A DNA stretch of 64,000 bases from Rickettsiales bacterium (lineage in GTDB: Bacteria > Pseudomonadota > Alphaproteobacteria > Rickettsiales > JABSSG01). This document shows positions 1 through 10,291 of this stretch, one piece after another. How positions within the stretch are numbered: the first letter of the stretch is position 1; the number at the start of each line of letters is the position of its first letter. The translations under genes were made by a program, and so were the position numbers. The notes under the pieces are model-generated. The model did no database searches. It was not told the origin of the DNA and was given only the letters and a program-made list of their open reading frames with translations. The stretch is taken from assembly GCA_018062985.1 (NCBI GenBank), contig JAGORE010000001.1:12661-76660 (forward strand), in the 5' to 3' direction.

Positions 1-918
1 TTATATAAAATTATTTCTTTACTATTCTTATTTGTATTTTCTAATTTCTCATTAGCGGAGTTAAATGTAGTGGCGTCAATTAAACCATTATATGGCTTAG
101 TAACTAATGTTTCTGGCGATAAAAACAATAATAAATTGTTAATTAATAGCGTGTCTTCTCCTCATCATTATCAGTTACGTCCTTCGGATATCAAAATGAT
201 TCAAAATGCAGATGTTGTATTTATTATTGATGAGCATTTTGAGACTTTCTTATCTCGTTATTTTGCTAAAAACAAGCTTAAAGCAAAAATAGTACAGCTA
301 TCTGATAGTAAAAATCTTATTATGCTTAAAGCTCGTCATAAACACGAGTTAATAAGTGGAGAGCATTCCACGGAACATTGTCATTGTAAGCATGGTCATA
401 AGGATATCCATTATTGGAGCGATCCTAATAATGCTCAGAAAATGGTTTCTAAGATTGCAGAAGTGTTAGCTGAATTAGATCCAGAGAATAAAGAGTATTA
501 TGAAAATAATGCTACAACCACAAATAAGAGATTGGTTGCTTTAGATAAGGAGTTGGAATTGAAATTAGCACCTATAAAAAATAAGAACTTTATTGTTTTT
601 CATGATGCATATCAATATTTTGAACATAGGTATAATTTATCTAATGTAGGTAGTATAGTTGTCGGTAATAATAAAAATTTCGGTGCCAAAACTATAAGTA
701 AAATACAAAAAATTATACAAGACAAACAAGCCGTCTGTATCTTTGCAGAACCTCAATTTTCTTCAGATGTTGTTCGTAACATCGCAGATGCAGGAAAAAT
801 TAAATATAATTATTTGGATATTGAGTGGGGCGCATCATATAGTGGGTTAAAACCAGAAGACTATTATTTTGCTATGATGAGAAGCAACACAAATAATCTT
901 GTTTACTGCCTCTCATAG
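1..918 (+). CDS. znuA: zinc/metal ABC transporter substrate-binding protein (ZnuA/TroA-like); 5' end runs off the window
   Basis: The frame is open from nt 1 (LYKIISLLFLFVFSNFSLAELNVVASIKPL, signal-peptide-like), so the listed GTG at 70 is probably internal. His-rich loop SGEHSTEHCHCKHGHKDIHYW and FHDAYQYF are typical of the family. Confidence 0.75.
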   Translation, partial: LYKIISLLFLFVFSNFSLAELNVVASIKPLYGLVTNVSGDKNNNKLLINSVSSPHHYQLRPSDIKMIQNADVVFIIDEHFETFLSRYFAKNKLKAKIVQLSDSKNLIMLKARHKHELISGEHSTEHCHCKHGHKDIHYWSDPNNAQKMVSKIAEVLAELDPENKEYYENNATTTNKRLVALDKELELKLAPIKNKNFIVFHDAYQYFEHRYNLSNVGSIVVGNNKNFGAKTISKIQKIIQDKQAVCIFAEPQFSSDVVRNIADAGKIKYNYLDIEWGASYSGLKPEDYYFAMMRSNTNNLVYCLS

Positions 919-1739
919 TTCTTGAGTGTATTAATAAGTGTGATAAAATTTTCGATGGATAGATTTTCGGGCCTTAAATTTTGATCTATCCCTGATTTTT
1001 CTAAAATAGTAGCAGGGTCTTGTGTTATTTTTTTTAGATTATTGAAAACGGTTTTTCTACGCATATTAAATAAAATCTTAACAAAAATTTTTAGCTGTAA
1101 GAATGTTTGGATTCTTGTTGATACATCGTTCTTTGGTCTTAACACAACAATACTTGATTCAACTTTTGGTGCAGGAAAAAAGCACTTTGGAGATATATTA
1201 AAAGCAATATTGCAGTCACATAAATACTGAGCTAAGACAGATAATATTCCATATTTTTTTGTATTTACAGAAGCGCAAATTCTCTCAGCAACTTCTTTTT
1301 GGAACATTAAGATTAGCTCGTCAAAAAGATGTATCTGCTCTAGCCAGTTAATTAATAACACCGATGCTATATTATATGGTAGGTTTGCTACTATGGTTAT
1401 TTTCTTGTTGTCAGTTAGTAAGCTTTCTACATTAAATGATAATGCGTCAGCATAATATATTTGCATATTTGGGAATTGCGGTAGTAGCTGTTCTTTTAAG
1501 AAATTAACGCATCTCTCATCGTATTCTATGCAGCTAAATTTATATGGCTTGTATGCTAAAATTGCTCTAGATAAGCTTGCTACACCAGGACCTATTTCTA
1601 GGATATGCCTATTTTCAATATTCTTAACTGTGGACACAATTTTATTGATTATATTATGATCTGTTAGAAAGTTTTGTCCCAGATTTTTCTTTGGTGCTAT
1701 GTTATATTTAGTGATTTGGTCATAGAATTGCTTTGACAT
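903..1739 (-). CDS. rsmA: 16S rRNA (adenine1518/1519-N6)-dimethyltransferase RsmA/KsgA
   Basis: NLGQNFL, EIGPG (SAM motif) and NLPYNI motifs. Sits in the conserved lptD-surA-ksgA neighbourhood. Confidence 0.9.
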   Translation of the reverse strand: MSKQFYDQITKYNIAPKKNLGQNFLTDHNIINKIVSTVKNIENRHILEIGPGVASLSRAILAYKPYKFSCIEYDERCVNFLKEQLLPQFPNMQIYYADALSFNVESLLTDNKKITIVANLPYNIASVLLINWLEQIHLFDELILMFQKEVAERICASVNTKKYGILSVLAQYLCDCNIAFNISPKCFFPAPKVESSIVVLRPKNDVSTRIQTFLQLKIFVKILFNMRRKTVFNNLKKITQDPATILEKSGIDQNLRPENLSIENFITLINTLKNYERQ

Positions 1740-1740
1740 T

Positions 1741-2637
1741 TTATTCTATATTATAAATATCTATAAACTTATTTTGTCTAGCTTTTTTAATATATTGATC
1801 AAGCTGTAGATGTGCTTTTTTTTCTTTTAGTAAATTTCTTAGATGAGATATATTATCTGTTGTTACCTTATATTCTTTAGAGCAGAGTACGGCAAATGCT
1901 ACAGAGTCACTGCCTGATTCAAAAATCATAGATTTTGTAGTATTAGGTGAGATAATTACTTCTTGAATTTGTGGGGCTTCAACATCTTTTAAAGTTGTAT
2001 TAACGCGATTTGTTTTAATTTTCTTCTTAGAATATTGTACAATTTCTGTGTTTTTTATTTGTTCGCAATTGGTAATATTGGTGTGGATGTCTGAGAAAGT
2101 TTTTATATTGTTTTTGTTTGTTCCTAGAAAATAGAAGTTAACTAATACCCTTTCAGGGTGAAATTTATCCATAAACTCGTAAATTTCTTTGATGCTAATC
2201 TCTATTTTTGGTATAAAAATCTCTCCCATCATTTTTTCCCAAAGAATTGTGTTTTTTATCTGATCAAGTACTACATCTATAGGTAGTCCTTGTGCTTGTA
2301 TCTCTTTTCTAAAAGAACCTGGTGCTATTTTTTGTGTTTTTTCTATATGTTTTATAGCACTTTCCATCTCTTCATTTGTAACTTTGATTTGTAACTTATC
2401 AGCTTCTTGCCTAAGAATTTTTTCATTGATTAGTGATTGCAATATCTGGACTTTAAGTTGTTTTTTGTCTTGTGGAGATATGGTTTCAGGATTGTAATTA
2501 CGTTCTTTTAGCATAATTTTATACCTGTAATCTAAGGTATGTGATGTTACGATGTCATCTCCAATAACTGCTATGATTTCATTGCTGGCAAAGCAATTAA
2601 AAGAAACAAATAAAAATAATAAGATTATATAACGCAT
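1741..2637 (-). CDS. SurA-like periplasmic chaperone (SurA N-terminal domain type; no clear parvulin domain seen)
   Basis: Signal peptide MRYIILLFLFVSFNCFA. Located between lptD and ksgA as in other proteobacteria. Helical chaperone-like sequence. Confidence 0.55.
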   Translation of the reverse strand: MRYIILLFLFVSFNCFASNEIIAVIGDDIVTSHTLDYRYKIMLKERNYNPETISPQDKKQLKVQILQSLINEKILRQEADKLQIKVTNEEMESAIKHIEKTQKIAPGSFRKEIQAQGLPIDVVLDQIKNTILWEKMMGEIFIPKIEISIKEIYEFMDKFHPERVLVNFYFLGTNKNNIKTFSDIHTNITNCEQIKNTEIVQYSKKKIKTNRVNTTLKDVEAPQIQEVIISPNTTKSMIFESGSDSVAFAVLCSKEYKVTTDNISHLRNLLKEKKAHLQLDQYIKKARQNKFIDIYNIE

Positions 2638-2641
2638 GTTT

Positions 2642-4783
2642 TTAGTTAATGTTTTTGAGGTTAATATCCCAGTCGAAAGAAAAGCCGCTGTTAGATTTTA
2701 TATTTCTTGTTGGGTCGTAAGTCAAATTTTTAATTGCTGTTAATTTAAATTGTGAACATTGTCCACTATAACCTAAGGCGATGTTTGCTTGTACAAGCAA
2801 ATTACTGGTTTTTGTAAAATTTTGTGTTGTTGATCCTTCAACAAACCATTCCTTGAATATTTTAACGTTTGTATAAAAAGATACAACTTTATTAAAAAGA
2901 GATTCTTTTGAGTTACTTGGCTCATAGTCAATTTTGCTAATTCTACTTCCTAAGGTAATGCTATTAATTATTTTATTATCTAAGTTAAAAAACAACTGAT
3001 TATCTAATTCTTGTTTTCTAGAACTGAGATTTTTTTCATCTAATCTAAATCTATAAAATACTGATAGCCAAGATGTCGGATGCATTCCAAAATGTCCTAC
3101 ATAATCAGAAAAATTCTTGTTATATAGGCCGCTATTTACAGGGTAGTCTTTACTCTTTTTTTGCCTAGCTACTTGTCCAACTACAAAATTGTAATGGTAG
3201 TCACCAGTAAATAAATCTGCATTAATTCCATAATTTGCTCTATTCCCATATTCAGTTTGATCGTATCCAGCATATCTATCATTGCTAAAAAGATTTGTAT
3301 CGGAGAGTTCTAATGTTTGGCTGTCTTCATTGATCATCTTACTGTTTTTTGATGAATTAGGAGCGGCAATTAAGTTGATTATTGGACTTACATATAATGA
3401 ATAGGAGTTTTTAAACGACACTAAAGGATAGCTCCATTTTATCTCAGATTCAGGAGCTATGACAGTAAGATCTTGTTTCTGCGTTGTTGTATGCTGATCT
3501 TTAAAGATATTTTTATTAGAAAAGTTAAAAACACTAGCTCTAAATCTTTGAGTAAAACTAAAACGATTATTTCTAGCAGTAATTTCTTTGTCCCAGGCTA
3601 GTTCATTTGAAAATCGCCTTGTATTAAGTTGAGCTGCTTTTCTTAACAAATGTACTGCGTTAGTATGAATAGAAAATTTATTGTCGTTATAAAATAGTTC
3701 TTTGTGGTAATCTGCTAGTGGTAATATCGTGGGGTTATGAAGATTATTTGGGTCTGTTCTCAAGTCTTGAAAGTAGAAAGAGTTTAAGGTGCCATAATCT
3801 CTATGATTATGGTAGGTAATATTTGCATCAGAAGTTAAGTAGTTTTCATTGATGTTCCAATAATTAGGAAGATATGCTTTGTCGGATACTTTATCTAGCT
3901 TTGCTCTGACAGAAAAATTCTCATTTAATGTGTGTTGGCCCTGACCTTTCAGGTGATATCTATGTTTTACTGAGTCTGAATTGTTTTTTCTTGGTTTGAT
4001 ATAGTTTCCTTGAAGCTCATAATAGCCATTAGATGTTAAATATCTATATTTTGCTTGATGCAAGGGACCTTGTGCTGATGTAATCATAGGGCTGTATAAA
4101 AGATCCATATTATCAGCTATTCGATAATACACAGGTACTGTGATTGAACTTCCATATGTTTTATTATATTGATATTTTTTTGGAAAAAGAAAGCCACTTT
4201 TTGGAGGTGCATCTGGAGCAAATGTTTTAAAATATGGAGTATAAAACACCGGGACACCATAAACTTCAAAAATGCTGTGATTAAAAGTTATAGTCTCCTT
4301 TGGAATGTAAGTGACTTTTCGTGCCTTGATTTGCCATTGTGGATTCTCTGTTTTGCAAAAAGTACAGGGTGTATATTTAGCGTTCTTAAAGATTGAGGTC
4401 TGGTTGGCTTTATATTCAGCTTTTTCTGCAATAAAAGTATTGTTGTCTGTTAAGTATGCTGTGAGATTTTCTGCTAAACCCTCTTTTAGAGCATGGTTTA
4501 ATTCTATAAATTGAGCATAAGTTTTTTCTCCCTTAGGGCCAATTAACAATACGTTGGTATATGCAAATGCTGTTTTTTTATTTTTGTCATAAATAATTTT
4601 ATCTGCCTTTAGCGTATAGTTATCCTTAAATATTTCTACCTTGCCTTTTGCTACTATAATGTTGCTATCTTTCTCATATTCTATGTGGTCTGCGTTTAGC
4701 ACGTATGAACCAGAGCTCACTGGCTCTCCATGTGCTATTTGCAAAACCAAAGTTGCTAAAAATATAATTCTTGATAGTTTCAT
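2642..4783 (-). CDS. lptD: LPS-assembly outer-membrane protein LptD
   Basis: Large beta-barrel-like protein with signal peptide MKLSRIIFLATLVLQIAHG. The ORF is open to 4840, but M20 at 4783 gives a proper signal peptide. Lies upstream of surA/ksgA. Confidence 0.8.
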   Translation of the reverse strand: MKLSRIIFLATLVLQIAHGEPVSSGSYVLNADHIEYEKDSNIIVAKGKVEIFKDNYTLKADKIIYDKNKKTAFAYTNVLLIGPKGEKTYAQFIELNHALKEGLAENLTAYLTDNNTFIAEKAEYKANQTSIFKNAKYTPCTFCKTENPQWQIKARKVTYIPKETITFNHSIFEVYGVPVFYTPYFKTFAPDAPPKSGFLFPKKYQYNKTYGSSITVPVYYRIADNMDLLYSPMITSAQGPLHQAKYRYLTSNGYYELQGNYIKPRKNNSDSVKHRYHLKGQGQHTLNENFSVRAKLDKVSDKAYLPNYWNINENYLTSDANITYHNHRDYGTLNSFYFQDLRTDPNNLHNPTILPLADYHKELFYNDNKFSIHTNAVHLLRKAAQLNTRRFSNELAWDKEITARNNRFSFTQRFRASVFNFSNKNIFKDQHTTTQKQDLTVIAPESEIKWSYPLVSFKNSYSLYVSPIINLIAAPNSSKNSKMINEDSQTLELSDTNLFSNDRYAGYDQTEYGNRANYGINADLFTGDYHYNFVVGQVARQKKSKDYPVNSGLYNKNFSDYVGHFGMHPTSWLSVFYRFRLDEKNLSSRKQELDNQLFFNLDNKIINSITLGSRISKIDYEPSNSKESLFNKVVSFYTNVKIFKEWFVEGSTTQNFTKTSNLLVQANIALGYSGQCSQFKLTAIKNLTYDPTRNIKSNSGFSFDWDINLKNIN

Positions 4784-4858
4784 TATTTTTATATTATTCT
4801 TGATACAAAACACATTATGTGTTAGGACTAAGTTAGTCAAATAGAATTTTACTTATTG

Positions 4859-4935
4859 GCGCCCTTAGCTCAGATGGATAGAGCAACAGATTTCTAATCT
4901 GTGGGTCAGGAGTTCGAATCTCTTAGGGCGCGCCA
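4859..4935 (+). tRNA. tRNA-Arg (anticodon TCT)
   Basis: Hand-folded cloverleaf. Acceptor GCGCCCT/AGGGCGC, anticodon loop TTTCTAA, T-loop GTTCGAATC, encoded CCA. Confidence 0.9.
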
Positions 4936-5107
4936 TTTTCTAAGATTATCTTCGCAACGTCACACTTCTTACACCTGAAAACTCTGATGGTTTCTTTTAA
5001 TTGCAGTATATAGAGACCAGCATTTAGCTTTAGAACACTTTGTAGTTGATCTCTGTATTTTATTATGTTACTTAACTAAATAGTATCATATAGTGATGGG
5101 GGAATAT

Positions 5108-5518
5108 ATGAAATCACCAAGGGAACGGTTAGTTTTAATAGTTGATGCAAAATGCGCCAAGTTTTTCCATACTAAAAACTTTAAAATGAAAGGGGAAATA
5201 CATCTTTCGACAATAGATGATTTTGACATTTCTCATAAGGTACATTCAAGTAGTGTGGTTTCTCCAATTTTGGATACAGGACATGCTAAAGAATTAGATA
5301 GAAAAGATTTTTGTAAAAAAGTAATGCATGCTGTGCAAGATGAATATCATCAACATAAATTTGATGAGTTAATCATAGTTGCTGGTCCTAAAATCTTAGG
5401 AGATTTACGTACGAATACGCCTAAAGAGTTGAAGCATCTTGATATTCAAGAGATACATAAAGATTTAACACATTTTTCTAAAGAAAAAATAGAAGAATAT
5501 TTAAGAGAGATTTGTTAA
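5108..5518 (+). CDS. host-attachment-protein family protein
   Basis: LVLIVDAKCAKFF start, and FDELIIVAGPKILGDLR...IHKDLT resembles the alphaproteobacterial Host_attach family. GGGGGA lies upstream of the ATG at 5108; the ORF is open from 5093. Confidence 0.55.
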   Translation: MKSPRERLVLIVDAKCAKFFHTKNFKMKGEIHLSTIDDFDISHKVHSSSVVSPILDTGHAKELDRKDFCKKVMHAVQDEYHQHKFDELIIVAGPKILGDLRTNTPKELKHLDIQEIHKDLTHFSKEKIEEYLREIC

Positions 5519-5558
5519 GCTCTAGATTTTAGATATTTCAAAGGTAGTAAAGATCTTT

Positions 5559-5801
5559 CTATCTTTGATGTTCAGTGCTAGCTTTTTTAGTGCCACGGAC
5601 ACTCGGTACTGATCCACTTTGTTTTGTTTCGGCGTTAGCAATTAAAGAGTCCATATTAAATGGATCCGCATGTGGTTTGCCATGTTTTTGTTCTTCGGCT
5701 TCTTTTAGTTTTCTTGCTTCTATTTGAGCTCTTTTTTCTGCAAGTTTCTTCTGAAATTGCGCTTCTTGTACCTCTTTATTTTGCTTGTATATATCATTCA
5801 T
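5559..5801 (-). CDS. hypothetical small charged protein (80 aa)
   Basis: ORF starts 2 nt after the stop of the upstream coiled-coil gene, suggesting an operon. No recognisable family. Confidence 0.4.
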   Translation of the reverse strand: MNDIYKQNKEVQEAQFQKKLAEKRAQIEARKLKEAEEQKHGKPHADPFNMDSLIANAETKQSGSVPSVRGTKKASTEHQR

Positions 5802-5803
5802 AA

Positions 5804-7498
5804 TTATTTTCCATGCTGTTTTTGTATACCATGTTTCTTTTGTGGTGATGCTGAAGGTCGTACAGAAGAAACATCTTCAGTATTTGTAAACGTTCGGTCC
5901 AAGTGATTGTTTTTTGGCGGTTCAGGATATTTATCTCGAAAACCTACAGACATAACGGCTCCACTTTTTACTGCTAACTCTGTTGCTTCTTTTTTGGCCC
6001 ATTCTTCCATATTTTTATTAAAGACTTCAATAGGTTCATATTGATGTTCCTGACAAAATCTTTCTATTTTAGGACCCATTTGCGTCACATTATGTTGTAT
6101 CAGATTCTTATCTTCGTTATCCATATTTAAAGCTTCTAATACTTTGCTATTTTCTGATAGTGTGTGGCAGTAAATATCTGTCAATCTAGTGATTGCCATA
6201 TCTCGTTTTTCTTCATGGCCACCAAACATACCAAAGAACTTCCCGCTAGAAATGGTGGTTTTTAACTCTTCTTTCATTTTTGCATTGGCCTGATGTAATT
6301 TTTCTTGGCCAAGTTGCTGTCTTTCTTCAGATTGTTTGTGTAGGATTGCTGCGCGATCTACTTCTTCTTTTTCTTGTTGCTTTGTTTTTAAGGTTTTACG
6401 TGCCTGTTGTTGTCTGAAAGCAGATTGTATTGTTACAGCTGTTTTCTCTTTCCTTGCTGTTGCATCTTGTGCGTCTTTTTGTTTTTGTCTTTCTCTTCTT
6501 GCTTCTAGTTCTGATTTTTTAGCTTGTAGTTTTTCTTCGTACTGTCTTTCTTGCTTTTCTTTGTCCGCTTTTTTTGCTAATAATAATTCTTCCTGCTCTT
6601 TTCTTTGTGTTTCTTCCAGTTCTTTAGCTTTTTGGATAGCATCTGTTGTAGCTGGTACTTGCGAATCAGGAACAGACAGAGTGTCTTTGTATCGTTCATT
6701 TAATTCTGTTCTTTTAATATCTGCCGCTTCTTTTCCTTTTTTAGCTTCCCTAGCTACTAAACGCTCAATTAGAGCTTGGATTTGTTTTTTTTGTTCTTGT
6801 TGGTCTTTTAATTTTCTTTGTTGGGCCTCTTTTTCTGCTTCTGTTAAAAGTTGTTGTTGCTGTTTTTCTAGGGGCAAGTTTCTTTGCGCATTTCTAGCCT
6901 TAAGTTGTGCAGTGCGGAAACGAAGTTCCTCTTGTGTTACTTGTTCTTGTTTTTTTAGTGTGTCGGATCTTTCAATATTTTCTTTGTCAGCTTTAAAAGC
7001 TCTGAGTGTTTCTGCAAGCATTGTCATATGTTCAGTCTCTAGGTTAGCGCTGGCATCGGCATGCTGTCTTGACAATTCTTGTCTTTGGTCCTGATTTCTT
7101 TTATCTTGCTCTTTAGCCAGTGCTATTGCATCTTGAATTGCTTGCCAGGAAGCTCTTTCTTCAGCTATGACAGAATCTCTGGCTGAAGACTCAGCTTTGA
7201 GAGTACTTTTTCTTTGTTGAGTAGCTTCTTTTGCTTTTGCATCTTTTATTGCTTTTATTGCGTTTTCATAGTCTCCTGCTGATGGTACAGCGGTGACTTG
7301 ACCGTTAATTATTTTATTACTTTGTTCTAGATATAGCTGTATTCCAACAGCTATCTCAGCATCTGTTTTTTCAGCTATTTCAGGGCGCTTGGATATTCTT
7401 CTGATAAAATCGCTCAATTCTCCCTTAGCTTTATCAGAGCGTGGTGTAACAACCTGAGTTGTTAAAATTGCTTCAATTTCTTTTGGATCGGCCATCAT
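5804..7498 (-). CDS. hypothetical long coiled-coil protein (E/K/Q-rich) with a eukaryotic-type IQ motif; effector candidate
   Basis: 564-aa ORF with heptad-like E/K/Q/R-rich central region. AVTIQSAFRQQQARKTLK fits IQxxxRxxxxR. Confidence 0.6.
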   Translation of the reverse strand: MMADPKEIEAILTTQVVTPRSDKAKGELSDFIRRISKRPEIAEKTDAEIAVGIQLYLEQSNKIINGQVTAVPSAGDYENAIKAIKDAKAKEATQQRKSTLKAESSARDSVIAEERASWQAIQDAIALAKEQDKRNQDQRQELSRQHADASANLETEHMTMLAETLRAFKADKENIERSDTLKKQEQVTQEELRFRTAQLKARNAQRNLPLEKQQQQLLTEAEKEAQQRKLKDQQEQKKQIQALIERLVAREAKKGKEAADIKRTELNERYKDTLSVPDSQVPATTDAIQKAKELEETQRKEQEELLLAKKADKEKQERQYEEKLQAKKSELEARRERQKQKDAQDATARKEKTAVTIQSAFRQQQARKTLKTKQQEKEEVDRAAILHKQSEERQQLGQEKLHQANAKMKEELKTTISSGKFFGMFGGHEEKRDMAITRLTDIYCHTLSENSKVLEALNMDNEDKNLIQHNVTQMGPKIERFCQEHQYEPIEVFNKNMEEWAKKEATELAVKSGAVMSVGFRDKYPEPPKNNHLDRTFTNTEDVSSVRPSASPQKKHGIQKQHGK

Positions 7499-7569
7499 TA
7501 ACTATGATAAATATACTGTTATAATTGTAATGCTTTAACAGTTAATAATAAGTTAACTTTAGCTTTGAT

Positions 7570-8313
7570 TTAATTTATATTCATGAGGCTGTGTGCATCA
7601 AAGGTAAGTTCAATTTCTTTCCATCCTTTGTAGCCAGTATATTTATCTTTTGGTAAGTTCGTTAGAGGACTTGCCATATGTGAAGCCCGGATCAAGCTTT
7701 CTTTTAGTGTATTATATATGCCCATATGATGTTTGCTATATTTGCTAGTTTTAAGTACTAGTACGTTGGTTACAGATCCGTCTATAGACATTTCAAGTTT
7801 TATTTTGATTACTAGTTCACCGGGTTTAAAGTCTAGAATTACCGGATTCACAAATTTTCTTTCTATTTGTGACTTGATGTTGTCTTTATCTGTGATAGAA
7901 AGCGGTAAAGAATCATCATAAAATTTGTTAGAACTGCTTTTATTTTTATTATTTTCTGTATCAAGATTTTTCTTTCTTATTTCCTTTATTGAACCTAGTA
8001 GATCATCAATTTCTTTTGATAGTTTTTTATCTACAGCTTGTTTTGTAGGCGGTTTGAATATGTCTTTCGGCGGTTCTTTCTTTTGTGGAGGGTCGTTATT
8101 GACTTTTTTTATTCCTTTGTTCTGCTCAACTTCTTGTTTTTCCTGTTGTTTTGGAGGTGCGTTATGTAAGTTTGTATAAGTTGATGTTGGCACTATATCT
8201 ACTAACAGAATATCTTCGTGTGTATCAGTTTTTCCAAAATTAGGTAGCTCAATAAATAAAAATACTGCAACGACAGTATGTAGTATTAAAGAATATCGTG
8301 TGCCCTTGTTCAT
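7570..8313 (-). CDS. TolA/TonB-like energy-transducer protein
   Basis: N-terminal TM helix, Pro/Lys/Glu-rich linker (PPKQQEKQE...PPQKKEPPKDIFKPPTKQ) and a small C-terminal domain. Immediately downstream of tolQ-tolR. Confidence 0.55.
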   Translation of the reverse strand: MNKGTRYSLILHTVVAVFLFIELPNFGKTDTHEDILLVDIVPTSTYTNLHNAPPKQQEKQEVEQNKGIKKVNNDPPQKKEPPKDIFKPPTKQAVDKKLSKEIDDLLGSIKEIRKKNLDTENNKNKSSSNKFYDDSLPLSITDKDNIKSQIERKFVNPVILDFKPGELVIKIKLEMSIDGSVTNVLVLKTSKYSKHHMGIYNTLKESLIRASHMASPLTNLPKDKYTGYKGWKEIELTFDAHSLMNIN

Positions 8314-8324
8314 TAAAGATATAT

Positions 8325-8732
8325 CTAATCAATTTCTGTTAATAATGCAACTTTAGAGAAGCCTGCCTTACTTATTGAATTGACTACTAACACTATTTGT
8401 TCGTATGGAGTGTTTTTGTCTCCTCTAATAAAAATTCTGGAATTGTATTTTTCTTGTGAGATTAGTTTTAGTTTTGCTATTAGTGTTTGGCGATCAATTG
8501 CGCTATTGTTTATGTAGATAATACCTTGTTTTGTTACTGTTATAGATATAGGGTCATCTTGACCTTGTACAGCAGCACTTTCTGCCTTTGGCAGATTAAC
8601 ATTTATTCCCGAAACTAACATCGGTGATGTTATCATGAAGATTATCAAAAGCACCAACATAACGTCTACAAGAGGCGTAACATTTATAGCGTTGATATTA
8701 TTTCTTTTTCTTCGTTTCGTTAGAGTAATCAT
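8325..8732 (-). CDS. tolR: biopolymer transport protein TolR/ExbD
   Basis: INVTPLVDVMLVLLIIFMITSP motif typical of ExbD/TolR. Adjacent to tolQ. Confidence 0.8.
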   Translation of the reverse strand: MITLTKRRKRNNINAINVTPLVDVMLVLLIIFMITSPMLVSGINVNLPKAESAAVQGQDDPISITVTKQGIIYINNSAIDRQTLIAKLKLISQEKYNSRIFIRGDKNTPYEQIVLVVNSISKAGFSKVALLTEID

Positions 8733-8737
8733 ATTTT

Positions 8738-9403
8738 TTATTTAAATTTTGATAGCAGAGTATGAATTGAAAGATTGAGGCTGCTTTCCGTGTTATTAAT
8801 ACGATTATTGATAGAATTATAAAAAATCAGCGCAGGAATAGCGGCAACTAATCCAAGGCCTGTGGCAAATAAAGCTTCTGCAATACCAGGAGCTACCGTA
8901 ACCAAGGATGTATTTTTTGATGCAGCAATTGATTGAAAGCTATGCATAATTCCCCATACAGTTCCAAATAAGCCAATAAAAGGAGCAGCAGAAGATATAG
9001 TAGCTAGAATTGTTGTGTCTTTTTCTAACACATTTAAAAATTGTTCTTTGATTAAAGCGATTGAGTGTTCAAAATAACCGTGGTCTTTATGGCCACTATT
9101 TTGCTGCTTGTTATATACATCACATGTTTGAAGAATATTTTTAAATAGGTTGGAGTTATCATTATTACCAGAGTGTATATATTTTGTGATCTCTGTTAGA
9201 TTATAGCTGCTAAACACTTTAATCATTTTGTTTATATTTCGTTGAGTTTGATTTAGCTGCATCCATTTGTTTATAATAATTGACCATGACCATATAGAAG
9301 CCACAACTAGTATTAGAATCACGAATTGTACAACTAAGTCTGCATTGGAGATTATATCAATTAGTGATTTTGTTTGAGCAATATCAATATTTTGTGTTGT
9401 CAT
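8738..9403 (-). CDS. tolQ: proton-channel protein TolQ/ExbB (MotA/TolQ/ExbB family)
   Basis: Three TM segments. LATISSAAPFIGLFGTVWGIM and GIAEALFATGLGL are family signatures. Confidence 0.8.
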   Translation of the reverse strand: MTTQNIDIAQTKSLIDIISNADLVVQFVILILVVASIWSWSIIINKWMQLNQTQRNINKMIKVFSSYNLTEITKYIHSGNNDNSNLFKNILQTCDVYNKQQNSGHKDHGYFEHSIALIKEQFLNVLEKDTTILATISSAAPFIGLFGTVWGIMHSFQSIAASKNTSLVTVAPGIAEALFATGLGLVAAIPALIFYNSINNRINNTESSLNLSIHTLLSKFK

Positions 9404-9535
9404 AAATTTAATAATAGATTTTGAATGTACATACTAATGATCTTAACAAGATTTTATTGTTTTTGTAGTCTTTTATTGCATAAATCTATAATAAGTTTAG
9501 TATTTTGTCGTAATATTTTAAATGTTGAGGCTAAA

Positions 9536-10291
9536 ATGAGCGGTACGCAAAAGCCAGTAGTTGGTATAGTATTAGATTACGAAGTAAAGAAAACGTCTCA
9601 AGGTGGGTACTCTGATCGTCCTTGGTATGCTTTAAGAACTGATTATGCGAGAGCTATTTCGAATAATGGAGGATTGCCAATACATATACCATACGACGAA
9701 CATTCAATAGATAATTATATAGCATTATGTGATGGCATACTTATTCCTGGTGGGGAATACGACATCCATCCATCTTTTTATGGCAGAAAGCTTATAAAAG
9801 AAGTAAATTTCTCGACTAATGATCGTACAATATTTGAAATAAAACTTTTAGAAAAAGTGATAGATAATGATGTTCCATTTTTAGGGATTTGTGCAGGACA
9901 ACAGTTATTAAACGTTGGGTTGGGCGGGTCTTTATATGAGGATATAGATGCTTACATCAAAACCAATATTGCGCATAAACATCATGGAAAGCCTCAAGAT
10001 GCATTGTGTCATGATATTGAAATTGTGGAAGGGACAAAATTATCTAAGATTTTTAAAAAAACAAAATTATTAGTGAACAGCCATCATCACCAATCTTTGC
10101 GTGATTTAGGAGATGATTTAATAGTGAATGCTAAAGCAGCAGATGGTGTAATTGAGGGAGTAGAACATAAAACTCATAGTTTTTGTTTAGGAGTTGTTTG
10201 GCATCCAGAATATGAGACTAATGTTGAAGAAAGCCGTTTGTTTCAAGCGTTTGTTGCAGCTGCGCAAATACATAAGAAAAATAAAAAATAA
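9536..10291 (+). CDS. class-I glutamine amidotransferase-like peptidase C26 (gamma-glutamyl-GABA hydrolase family)
   Basis: [17 protein letters not shown] (nucleophile Cys), VNSHHHQS and WHPE motifs. The ORF is open from 9425, but the family starts near [12 protein letters not shown] at 9536. Confidence 0.8.
   Translation: MSGTQKPVVGIVLDYEVKKTSQGGYSDRPWYALRTDYARAISNNGGLPIHIPYDEHSIDNYIALCDGILIPGGEYDIHPSFYGRKLIKEVNFSTNDRTIFEIKLLEKVIDNDVPFLGICAGQQLLNVGLGGSLYEDIDAYIKTNIAHKHHGKPQDALCHDIEIVEGTKLSKIFKKTKLLVNSHHHQSLRDLGDDLIVNAKAADGVIEGVEHKTHSFCLGVVWHPEYETNVEESRLFQAFVAAAQIHKKNKK

Noticed and set aside
6336-7094. 252-aa plus-strand ORF (Cys/Ser/Phe-rich) antisense to the coiled-coil gene
   Set aside because: It is the mirror image of GAA/AAG/CAG-rich codons on the other strand. 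The composition is low-complexity and implausible, and it lies fully nested in a better-supported gene.
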